Below are positions 22,107 through 32,502 of a DNA stretch of 32,502 nucleotides, one piece after another. Position numbers and translations under genes: made by a program. The notes under the pieces are model-generated. The model searched no databases, was not told the origin of the DNA, and worked only from the letters and a program-made list of their open reading frames with translations. Source of the DNA: Octopus sinensis (Eukaryota); contig NW_021829594.1 in NCBI RefSeq assembly GCF_006345805.1, forward strand, positions 1 through 32,502, written 5' to 3'. Positions within the stretch are counted from its first letter, which is position 1, and the number at the start of each line of letters is the position of its first letter.

Positions 22107-23226
22107 TTATTTTTAAAGTATCTATTTTACTTTGCTCATTGTTCAATGTCCCCCACCTCTGGGTTGATGAGAGAAGGTGTGATCATGGATCAATAGCTTT
22201 AAGTGTGCACCCAAAAGTTTTTGAAAAACAATGAAACAGACAAAAATGTAAGCATAGACGGTCTTAGTATGACGAACAAATGTGCAAATTTGTACGGCAA
22301 TAACAAAGACATCCGCAAAAATACCGGCAGCGCGTTCATTGCTAGCTTTGCAAGACAAAATATGAAATATGAAAGAGAAATGTCACAAAAATGAATGCCT
22401 GCTTTCCCGAGGAATTTAACCAGGAAAGAAAGAGAATCGATGTAATGTAGTTGTGTTTTTCTTTTCTTTTTTAAAGAAAATGTACTATGGTAAATTCTAT
22501 ATGCCCTTCAAAGAGGCGTTAGAGGAAGATGAAGCGTGGTAGCATGTGTACTTCATTAACCGAGGCAGAGTATATGGGAAGGGTGTGCTTGATTTTTAAG
22601 ACCAAGGAACAAATTAGTAGAGAAGTAGAGATTGAGCTCGTCCCCGACTAGTGCTGCAATGAAAGGTTAGAGAAGCAGGAGGGTGAGGAGTGAATGTTGG
22701 ATGTTGAGTCATTGTAAGATGTGACCGAGTTGGTCATAAAGATCACAAGGCATTTCTAGAGCTGAACACCAGTGACGGGTCAGAGAGTAGGTGAATCAGA
22801 TTGGCCGTGTTGGACAGAAGGCGTAGTTACTACATATGCGGTAGCTGAAGTTACCTGAGGATCTTTTGCCCACAATAAGAGAAAAACAAGAAGAAAACAG
22901 ACTGCAGCAAGAAGTGGCAATAGCAAAAGCAACAGTAACAGCAGGCTTCAGAAAGGGAGGCCATGGTTGTTACTACTACTACTGTTTCTAGAGCACCGCT
23001 TGTAGCAAATCCGAGGAAGCAAGCTAAATTACCTTGACCTCATTGCGCTGACGATGACGAAAAGCATCGAGAAGTCAATGAGTCTTTTCGTTCAACATAG
23101 TATCGCTGAGAGGCTACGGGTAGCCATATTACACCATTACTTTCTGGCAGTAAAATTCCACTGGCTGCCATGAATGACTGACAGAGGAGTTTGTACTAAC
23201 AATTGCGCTTAGCACAGAACTAAAAC

Positions 23227-23320
23227 TACCGTGTTTCCCCGAAAATAAAACCCGGTTTTATATTAATTTTGCATCCAAAAAATGCACCAGGGCTTATTTT
23301 CGGGGGCTGTCGTATATTTT
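23227..23320 (+). mobile_element. Tc2/pogo-like non-autonomous DNA transposon end with an internal inverted repeat
   Basis: TA-CCGTGTTTCCCCGAAAATAAAACCC ... GGGCTTATTTTCGGGGG. Confidence 0.55.
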
Positions 23321-23441
23321 TGTGGAAAAAGTCCAAGAAAATAAAAAAAAGTTTCATGTCTTCGTGTAAAAGGAAAAAACTGTAAAAAGAAACCCATGTT
23401 TTTAGTCATCAAAAGTTTATTTATTTGCTTATTGTTTTTAG

Positions 23442-24362
23442 TCAAGTATAAACATGATTAGTAGAGTGGAAATTGCGCAAAAACGGAGTGTCATTGCCGA
23501 GTCTGTCTCGGAGGTGCTCCGCGAACCGGGCAGCCAAGCGGCGTCCCATTTGACCGATGTACAGAGGAAGGGCAGAAATAGCAGGAGATGCAGTTAATGA
23601 CGTTGCTAGAAGTGCAGGTGAAGGAGTCGGTGATATGATAGGGACGATGATGAGTGCCTGTGAAGATGGAAGTGTTGGAGAGGTAGTGGTAAGTGCGGCA
23701 GCGTGGGCGGGAGCAGGAGAACGAGCCAGGTTGGAAGGTGGGGTTAGGAAAGAAACTAAGGACCAGGGGGTCACGCAGGTTGTGAGCTCGTTTGAAGGAG
23801 GGAAGGGGTAGGTTGGGGAAGATGTGAGGGGTGTAGGGATTGGACTGGAGTCGCCGGAAGGCTTGAAGAATATGAGGAGAGACGGTCAACGGTGGGGCGG
23901 GTGCAGGGAAAGGGAGCAGAGGCACGGTCCACGGAAGTGCTCTGGCAAGGGCTGAGTGGATAGTGGTGAGAGGATATCCACGAAGGATGAAGTTGCGAGC
24001 CATGAGTTGAGACTGAATCTCAAAGTCATGGTTGTCACTGCAGAGCCTGCGCAGACGGAGGAATTGGGAGTATAGGATGGAGAACTTGGTGTGGGTAGTG
24101 TGGGAGGAGGAGAAGTTAAGGTATGAGTGTGAGTTGGTGTGTTTATAGTGGATGGAGGCAGTGAGAGCGGAGTGGTGTATGTAGACCAAAATGTCGAGAA
24201 ATGCGACGGAAGTGTTGGAAACAGTGCAGGAGGATTCGCGGGCAGGATGGAAGGATTGGACAAAAGAGAGGAAGGAGTATAGTTGTTCGCGAGCGAGTAA
24301 AGTCGCACCGATACAGTCATCAATATAACGACTGTATAGTTCGAGAGTGGGACCAATGAATC
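23442..24362 (-). pseudogene. Penelope-like retroelement (Neptune type): RT C-terminal half, linker and GIY-YIG endonuclease, decayed
   Basis: FIGPTLELYSRYIDDCIGA (RYIDD at 24330-24316), AFLDILV, HYKHTNSHSYLNFSSSH, SQFLRLRRLCS, RGYP, CSRPRCRTY, FTCTSSNVINCISC, then a frameshift near 23566 to LYIGQMGRRLAARFAEHLRD. Confidence 0.9.
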
Positions 24363-24812
24363 GTCTGCCTTACTGTCTGTCTCTCTGTTACCATCTTGCT
24401 GCCCACTGCAGAACACCAATCTTGATGAAACTTTGCATACATGTTAAACTAACATCCAGTTGAATTATAGACAAACTGGATTTTAATAAAAATCTATAAT
24501 GGGCCCTCTAAGGTGGCGGGGTAGGGGCTTTTCCGGTATTACTGGTCAATTCATTTATTTTACTCGGTTGGGTTATTATTTGATAAAATGAGAAGGGTGA
24601 AAGTGTGTTAGTGTGAGGTGAAATGTGGTGGTATAGTGGATGTGGCTGATATCAGGGAAGGGGAGAACAAAGTTGTGTGAGTGACAAATATGAAGTGGGA
24701 GTGGAATGGTAATATTAGTACAGGTGTCATTCAAGGATACACACGCGACGCTGTATACATAATTTCGTAAATACATAGATATATGGCATACACACAAACA
24801 CACACACACAAT

Positions 24813-24857
<45 letters not shown>

Positions 24858-25073
24858 ATGCACACACACACATGCAGAAATACATAAGTAACTTTTAAAA
24901 CGTCGAGGAAGGAAAAGAAAGGTGGGTGTGAGGAGAGAAGGAGAGAAGAGTAAGTTGATAGCAATTGTTCACAGTTGGCTGACCATCGCAAAGAAACACT
25001 TACACACAGACACACACACACACGTATAGGTCTACTATACGCCATTTTAAACTTATGATTGCCTGTATACGTT

Positions 25074-25104
<31 letters not shown>

Positions 25105-25669
25105 GAGTGAGTGTGTGTTACATGCTATAACTGTCTGTCTCTCTACTTTCTTAAGGACTTCCCTGTTGCTATCATCATATACTGTGAAATTTTAAAATTA
25201 CGTCAAAATTTTCAAATTTGGTATATTGAAATAATTTTCTACGGTAAATCCGATTTTGTTATTTATTTGTTACAGAAAAATTGCAGAAAAATGTTACTGA
25301 AGTTTAAAGTTTAATCAATTGTACCTATTTAGAAAGCAGGATTTGGAGGCTGGCATTTTCTGCATGAGAGATGTCTATCACAAAATGAAAACAAAATCAT
25401 TTGGAGGAGGAATTTTTATTAAACAAACGAATGCAAAGCATTTTGAAGACCAAAGTTGTAAGAACTTCTGAAATTTTAATAAGTTATAATGAATAAAGTC
25501 ATGTGAAACGGTCGAACAGAAATGCAGATAATGCAAACAGACAAAAAAATCCTCAACGAAGTATTTTTGCGAAAAATTGCACAAATCTGTCCTGCTCAAG
25601 AGGTCGGAGAAGGCATGGTCTGACATGGAATAAACAAAAATTTATATAAGACATTCTAGTATAAAAATT

Positions 25670-25697
25670 GCCCGCCAACGACGAGGCAACAAACCAG
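25670..25697 (+). mobile_element. Degenerate Helitron-like 3' end
   Basis: Imperfect hairpin GCCCGCC-AAC-GACGAGGC, 10 nt before CCAG/T. Confidence 0.35.
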
Positions 25698-26302
25698 TAA
25701 TTCATTGGATATATTTTTTATCCCTTAATGAGGCTACTTTACCTCTATTTAAATTATGTATGATTTGATTGATTTTTCCAGTTTCAGCTAATGAGCTGTG
25801 GCCATGCTGGGGCACCGCCATTTAATATATATTATGCTATATTATATTATATTATACCATATATTATATTATATATGTAATATGTAATATATGTGTAATA
25901 ATTAAATTATTACATTATGCACTTTATTGTGCTTTGTTATGCGCTTGGTTCCCTGGTCCGTGGAAGAATTATCTCGCATGAAACCGCTCCATGATGGAAA
26001 AAAAGGGAAGGGACCGCCAGTGCAGTTCTCTATTAATGACTCTTAATTCTTATGGCTCGTAACTCAAATTAAAATTTTGGAAGATATGTGGAGCCAATAG
26101 AGATGAACAAACTTACGACCCACGTACAAAAACTGCGACAAATTATCGAGTCAGCGACAGTGAGTCTCCTCTCTATACCGAGTAACGAAAACAAATTAGT
26201 TATTTAAAACGACTGACAAACAGATTAAAACCGAATCTACAAGTATTCAGGGAATTATGTGTTATACATTAATCTCTTTCTCTCCCACTCATTCTCTCTT
26301 CT

Positions 26303-26347
<45 letters not shown>

Positions 26348-26883
26348 GTCCTTGTTTTCTTTGTTTTCCTCAGAGTGAAATACTGGTTGTTTGATGTTAA
26401 TACATAATTTGGTTACCTTACAAATACAAGGAAATATATCCGAGATGAATCAAGTACGGAATAAAATTTAAATAAAAAACTAGTTAAATGTTTTGTTTAT
26501 ATATATATTCTAATGCATATTCTATATAGAACTGAAACGCCTTCATTTCGAACAGGAAAAAAAAGAGAGAAAAAAGCCAGAACCAGTTTGGAATCGTGTA
26601 GTGCAAATGTCACCATGACATTTCTGCAATCCTACCCCCTCTCTCTATCTCCCCCTCTCTCTGTCTTTTCCTCTCTCTATCTCACCCTCTCTCTCTCTTT
26701 CCCTCTTTGGTGGAAACTATGATATCAGAACTGGAGAAGGAGATTGATGATGAAATATTGAAATCTTGTAAAAGCTCAGTGGACTTAAAGCCAAATATAA
26801 ATATCCTTTCAATTCAAAAGGTGTTGGTTAAAAGTTGAAATTTGCTCGAAACAATTACAACTGATTTTGACTTTGAAGAACGG

Positions 26884-26905
26884 AATAATAATAATAATAA
26901 TAATA

Positions 26906-26998
<93 letters not shown>

Positions 26999-27020
26999 TA
27001 TTATTATTATTATTATTATT
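26884..27020. repeat. Palindromic trinucleotide microsatellite (AAT)8-AT-(AAT)15 / (ATT)14-AT-(ATT)8
   Basis: Units counted by hand; symmetry axis at 26953/26954. Confidence 0.95.
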
Positions 27021-27975
27021 ATCACGATCATGGTGATGATCATAATCATCATGATGACTTTTCTTTCATTTGCAACGGAGGCGTCAGGTGAAGGTGACAC
27101 TAAAAAGACAGTTGTGTGTGAATGGGGGTTGATGGTTACGTAAAAGAGAAGGTGAAAGAAAAGGAAAAGATGGTGAAATTAGATAATACTATTCGTAGTA
27201 TACAAAATATATGAACACGTAAATGATTCTGTTCCAACTTGTACCACTCAAGGAACCCCACAAATCAGCGATCACTCTGACCACTAAAACTACGAACCCT
27301 TACCCATCTGTTGCTCTCTTACCTACAGGAGCATGCTTAGGGTAGGTTCGTTCACCAAAACCGTTTTCCAAGGTCACCGTTTTTACAAATTCACTGAGAA
27401 GTACTTCCCTCTCCACTTTCATTTTCCTTTCCAAGTGGAACTTAAATGAATTGATGAGGACTTGACCTCAATTCTTTCGGCGTCGACCACCATACAACCT
27501 ATTTCTCAATAGCCACTAGACAGAGGATCACACCCCTGCCTGTACTTTTAAAGATGAATGGTGGGGCGATCCTCACGATAGATTTGGCTGATAGTCGGAT
27601 TCGTCTAATATAAGACTACAGCTATTCAACATACCTCCACAGGTCAGCAATATTCGGACACGACAAAGTGAATCTTGTATGATTTCTTCGCTCTGCACGC
27701 ACTTTGGGCAGTCCTGGCTGCACTTCCGTGCCGCCAGAATTTGTCACGAACCAGCAGCAACCGTCAGTGGCTCAGTCAGGGCTTTCTGGAAATTGTCCAT
27801 GGTTTCTACCGGCCCGAAAGATTCGGTCTTACTCTCCACTATACACTGCGAGCGTAGAACTTCCAGCAACCGCATCGCTCGACTTCTTAACACCTGGAAT
27901 GTTGTCGAACGCTCACTGCGCTCTAGCAGTCGGGTAATGCAGTTAGTGGGAGTCCTACGATGCCAGCATTGGTGA
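27021..27975 (-). pseudogene. Decayed L1-clade (Tx1-like) LINE: ORF2 C-terminus and probable 3' UTR ending in an (AAT)n tail
   Basis: Frameshifted FGPVETMDNFQKAL / LVRDKFWRHG / DCPKCVQSEEII / CPNIADLWRYVE...RLSAKSIVRIAPP / VVWW / LINSFKFHLERKMKVERE has the CxxC...H...C knuckle layout. The UTR extent is inferred. Confidence 0.7.
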
Positions 27976-28852
27976 GTGGAGATAAAAAATACAGTGAGAA
28001 AGAAGTAGATTGCTTCACAAATTTTAATGATTTTCAGGTAATTTCTGTTGTGTGGGTGCCCCTAGACGATGAAGTAGGCTAGCCCAATACGTAGATAAAG
28101 AGGGAGAAGCCTAGGCGTCAGGAACACAGTCGAGCAGAATAGAGTTCAGTAGAAGGCAGCCGAACGTGCGACATAACAATTTCAAAGAATAAATAAATAT
28201 TTCATGGAAACATCTTAAATCATAAAACCATATATGTGGCTGAGAAGCTTTCAGCCTTCCTAGAATACCGTAAGGGGATCGGGTGTAATTTTCAAAAAAC
28301 AGACACAAAAATTACGAATAACTGGAAAAAATAATTCCCGAAAATGAGAAAAAGGAAATCTATGGCGTATTTATGTCTATTTTCTTAAACAAGCAAAGGA
28401 TTGAGACATAAATATAATAAAGGCGTCATTGGTTCCTATGTGACGCACTGACAAAAGATCTGTTAAGAATTCTCAATCTCAAAATAGTTGCTGCATGTAG
28501 AAACGCACATATAAGTGCACTGACTGCTTCTACCAAATGCATTTGCAAATTTTAAGAGAATATCAGCAAAAACTAAAACGGAATAAAAAAAAAAAGAGAC
28601 ATGCATAAAATATTCCGAGGAATTCAAACTTAAGTAGACTAAAACACATGCAAAATGTCAAAGCATTTTATAGCAAATAGATATGTATACAGAGAAAAGC
28701 TGATAAAACACCACACACGCACTCACACACACATACACACACACTTGTACATTCATACATAAACATACATATGCGCATGTATGTACAAATATATATATGT
28801 TTGTGTGCGTGTGTGTGTACGTATATATGTATGTGTGTGTGTGTGTATGTGT

Positions 28853-29027
28853 GAGGCGCAATGGCCCAGTGGTTAGGGCAGCGGACCCACGGTTGTAGGA
28901 TCGCGGTTTCGATTCCCAGAAAGGGCGTTGTGAGTGTTTATTGAGAGAAAACAACTAAAAGCTCCACGAGGCTCCTGCAGGGGGGGGGGCGATCTCTACT
29001 GTACTCTTTCGCCACAACTTTCTCCCA
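28853..29027 (+). mobile_element. Family C SINE 5' half, ending at a (GGT)n tract
   Basis: Close match to 15074-15247. Confidence 0.8.
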
Positions 29028-29364
29028 CGATGGTGGTGGTGGTGGTGGTGGTGGTGATGGTGGTTTTAGTGGACAAACACACATAACACACACAGATATA
29101 TATGTATACATACGTACGTACATACATAGATATACACGATGGGGTTCCAAACAGTTTCTATCTACAAAATCTACACACAAAACATTGGTTGGTATATCAA
29201 GTAATTACTTGGAGGTTCCCTCAACGACTCGTTTCTGCTAGTGTTTCCGTTGCGTACCTCTTGGCGATCACCCATTGAGGGACAACGGGTACCTTTAATC
29301 AGTAAAAGTCAGTTAACCGATTGTCAATTTCCCGACAGTCGGATCGATTAAGTTAGAAAATTTA

Positions 29365-29770
29365 ACGTAGTGGCAGGCATTAGAATTTTGCTTTCCAAGC
29401 ACATGAATCCTGGTTCAGTCCCATTGCGTGGCATCTTGGGCAGGTGTTTTCTACAAAAGCCTTGAAGTGACCAAAACCTTGTGAGTAGTTTTGATAGACG
29501 GAAACTAAAAGGAGTCAGCCTTATGAGTGTTTGTGTTTGTGTGTATGTGTGTGTGTGTGTGTGTGTGTATGTGTGTCTTTGAGTTTGTGCTTGCCCCACC
29601 ACTGCTTGACAACCGCTGTTGGTATGTTTACGTCCCTGTGACTTAGTGGTTCGGCAAAAGACACCGATAGACTAAGTACCAGGCTTTGAAAAAAGTAAGT
29701 CGACTAAACGATTCTTCAAGGTAGATGCTCCAACATGGCCGCAGTCTGATGACTGAAACGAAGTAAAAAG
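29365..29770 (+). mobile_element. Family A SINE, diverged; the only clear plus-strand copy
   Basis: GGTTCAGTCCC B box, GGCATCTTGGGCAGG, (TG)n, and tail GATGACTGAAACGAAGTAAAAAG. Confidence 0.75.
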
Positions 29771-30440
29771 TAACCCAATTAATTTCTATTTCGTATTAAC
29801 GTTAGGCCATTAATACTTCAAGGAAGGGAATAAGTCGATACTATAATTTCTCATTCTTCCAGTAAATTCGAAACAGTGCTTAGATAATAGCAATCACCGG
29901 AAGTTTCTCACGGAAACTTTTCTACTTTAGAGTGTGTTAGATTAATGTAGTTACGAGTATATTCTCGTTTTCGAACAACTTTTTACTATCATCGATCTCT
30001 TTGCTTTTGTCTTCGCTTTCATTTTTTTTTTATCCTGATATTTAAATAAAGTTAATTCAGTTTATTGTTATGTTCTTTCCTGTTAACTTATGATAGAGGA
30101 TAGAGTAAAAAGAAGAAAAAAATGAACGTACAAACAAACCAACAAATATACGCACAAAACTCAAATACATACGATGTAAAACCAAAATGAAATCAAGACA
30201 TCATGGAGTAACCGCCAAATCTAGTGAAGAGGCATCTGGACAAATATTCTGTTCGATGAGATTTCGTCTGAGAATGTAAACAGACGTGTTTCTTCAACAC
30301 ATCATTGAAAGCAAACATCGAAGTCGTTTAAAGACGACAACGAATTAAATATCAAGAACATGTTATTTGATCTGAAAATTGGACATCATTTGGCTTAGTT
30401 TCTTTCAATCTGGTGTGTAAAGTATATTTTAACATTCCTC

Positions 30441-30474
<34 letters not shown>

Positions 30475-30709
30475 TATTGGCATTTTGTTTTGTTTTGTTT
30501 TGACTGGTGGAAGGAGGGACTGTTTCATGTTGAGAGAAGACACAACGTGTCAAGTTGCTGTGTAGCATTCTTTTCGTTATCCTTTCAGTGATTACGTAAG
30601 CAGACTTGTATGTGTGTGTGTGTGTGCGTGCGTGTGTGCGTGTGTGTGTGTGTTTGATATGACATCGTTACATCGGAACACTAAATTGCGAAAGCAGTAG
30701 CATGCTACC

Positions 30710-30942
30710 TATTTCTTTACTACCCACAAGGGGCAAAGCACAGAAGGGACAAACAAGGACAGACAAACGGATAAAGTCGATTATATCGACCCCAGTGCGT
30801 AACTGGTACTTATTTAATCGACCCCGAAAGGACAAAAGGCAAAGTCGACCTCGGCGGAATTTGAACTAAGAACGCAGCAGCAGAGGAAATACTGCTACGC
30901 ATTTCGCCCGGCGTGCTAACGTTTCTGCCAGCTCGCCGCTTC
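30710..30942 (-). mobile_element. Family B SINE (B1 tail), full length, 10-bp TSD
   Basis: GCATGCTACC at 30700-30709 and 30943-30952. Confidence 0.9.
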
Positions 30943-30978
30943 GCATGCTACCGGTTTAAACATTAAATACCTTTTAGG

Positions 30979-31140
30979 AGGTGCGTTCAATTCACCGACC
31001 GGGCGGTGTGTCATGTTCTTCAGCAAAACACTTCATCTCACGTTGTTCGACATCAGACTTGTGGCACACTTTGCACCTGCACAGGCAATATCGAATTAAG
31101 GCTATTCAGCAAGAAATTGCAGACCCGTCTTTCTCGAATC
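30979..31140 (+). mobile_element. Family F SINE, internally deleted
   Basis: GTTCAATTCAC B-box remnant, CTTCAGCAAAACACTTCATCTCACG, and AAGAAATTGCAG...TCTTTCTCG shared with the minus-strand copy at 31716-32470. Confidence 0.55.
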
Positions 31141-31155
31141 TTGTGGTGTTTACAG

Positions 31156-31287
31156 AGCTGTGCGAGCGCGATACGACGACGGAGACGTCCGTGGTGGCAA
31201 AAGTGCGAGTAGGCGCTGCTGCAGGGCGCGTGGTCGGTCGGCCGGCGCCCGTGGCGAGAGAGGAGCGAGAGTCAAGGCCGAGGGATG
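31156..31287 (+). other. CpG-rich island and candidate symmetric exon (132 nt)
   Basis: About 69% GC and about 20 CpG by hand count; acceptor GTGTTTACAG and donor ATG/GTAAGG; two open frames. Confidence 0.35.
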
Positions 31288-31442
31288 GTAAGGAAAAGAG
31301 AGAAAAAATTGCGATAATGAATCAATGAAGTATGCCGATGGTGCTTTCTTGACCTGCAAGAAATAGAGAAATCTCACTCAAATGACACCCTAACGTCTTT
31401 AAGAAGTATATGTTAGCTAATGTGTTCCTAGAATAAAGGATA

Positions 31443-31715
31443 AAGAGCCCCTCCGAGGCACAAGTCTGGGCAAGGTTGTTTGTGGAAGATCAGCAGTCGT
31501 CCATGCATATCAGCCTCTCCTCTCCATGTCACCGATGTTTTACAAAGAAAAAGGTAAAGGATGATACAGCTTGACACCAATGACGTCACAATTCATTTAT
31601 ACAGATGAGTGAACTGGAGCAACGTAAAATAACACAACACACAGCCCGATCCGGGAATCGAACCCACTACCTCATGATTGTGAGCCCGACGCTCTAACCA
31701 CTGAGCCATGCACCT
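31443..31715 (-). mobile_element. tRNA-derived SINE family E (possibly Deu/Nin-domain type)
   Basis: Minus-strand head AGGTGCATGGCTCAGTGGTTAGAGCG...GGTTCGATTCCCGG. The central domain assignment is from memory only. Confidence 0.7.
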
Positions 31716-32470
31716 GGTAGGCTCTCGTCATCCGAGAAAGATGGTCCTGCAATTTCTTACTCTTTTACTTTTACTTGTTTCAGTCATTTGACTGTGGCCA
31801 TGCTGGAGCACCGCCTGTCGTCGATCGAGCAAATCGACCCCAGGGCTTATTCTTTGTAAGCTTAGTACTTATTCTATCGGTCTCTTTTGCCGTACCGCTA
31901 AGTTACGGGGACGTAAAACACACAGTATCGCTTGCCAAGCGATGTGGGGGGACAAACACAGACACCAAAAATACAAAAACACACACACACACACACACAC
32001 ACATACACACAATATCTATATATATATATATTATATTATATATATATATAAATATATACGACAGGCTTCTTTCATTTTCCGTCTACCAAATCCACTCACA
32101 AGGCTTTGTTGGCCCGAGGCTATCTAGAAGACACTTGCCCAAGGTGCCAGCAGTGGGACTGAACCCGGAACCATGTGGTTCGTAAGCAAGCTACTTACCA
32201 CACAGCCACTCCTACGCCTTGCTGAACAAACGTGCACAAATGATTTGTTTATGGGTATTAAATGCATGTGCCGTTCATTAGTTCATTCCTTCCATCAAAT
32301 AGGCGTTGCCAGAACAGGTGCGCAAGTGTAACCATGCGCCATACACCGAAGTGATAACTGAGCCACGTAAGATGAAGTGTCTTGTTGAAGATCAAAAACA
32401 CAGCCCGGTCCGGCAATCGAACCTACGATTTCGCGAATGTGAGGAGAACGTCCTAACCATACGACTCACT
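31716..32470 (-). mobile_element. Family F SINE split by a family A insertion
   Basis: CTGCAATTTCTT (left) and TGCTGAACAAAC (right) rejoin across the A copy. Head remnant GCAATCGAACC at about 32413-32423. Confidence 0.6.
31758..32219 (-). mobile_element. Family A SINE, full length
   Basis: High identity to 1109-1582 and 3600-4026; essentially no TSD. Confidence 0.9.
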
Positions 32471-32502
32471 AAATTCAAAACTAAACCAGGAAGTTCACGA
32501 CT

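Noticed and set aside
22450-22850. L2/Jockey-like ORF2 remnant on the minus strand
   Set aside because: Scattered resemblance only (SLQH, HP); no collinear motif series could be established.
23048-23070. Hammerhead core CTGACGA-TGAC-GAAA
   Set aside because: No stem II closing pair, and no stem I or III pairing.
24363-24540. Helentron/DINE-like fragment (CTGTCTGTC ... CCAATCTTGATGAAACTTTGCATAC)
   Set aside because: The motif is suggestive but no termini or subterminal inverted repeats were found, so it is not listed as a feature.
28020-28045. AG/GT recursive splice point (TTTTCAG/GTAATT)
   Set aside because: The motif is expected by chance in 32 kb, and no host gene or strand is established.
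30981-31377. ORFs 30981-31328 (+) and 31150-31377 (-) as whole genes
   Set aside because: The 5' half of the plus ORF is family F SINE sequence, and the minus ORF starts upstream of an acceptor-like site with no recognisable homology. Only the 132-nt core is kept as a candidate.

Overview
AT-rich eukaryotic, repeat-saturated, essentially non-coding DNA. The mix of tRNA-derived SINEs and dense (TA)n/(CA)n/(GTAT)n tracts resembles octopus (coleoid cephalopod) intronic or intergenic sequence; this taxon call is an inference. No host gene could be identified with confidence, and almost all ORFs in the track are microsatellite artefacts. Supported content: more than 30 copies or fragments of about six tRNA-headed SINE families (labelled A-G here; the labels are mine); decayed coding fragments of five autonomous element types (CR1, HERO-type RLE retrotransposon, maT/mariner, Neptune-type Penelope, L1/Tx1); non-autonomous Helitrons, one with its own empty site in the window; and a fold-back MITE. 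The most unusual signals are a minimal hammerhead-ribozyme-like fold in a microsatellite-embedded element (17169-17204), an (AAT)n/(ATT)n palindrome whose arms share a mirrored interruption (26884-27020), repeated SINE-into-own-family nesting (14.1-16.4 kb), and a CpG-rich 132-nt candidate exon (31156-31287). All alignments and translations were done by eye.
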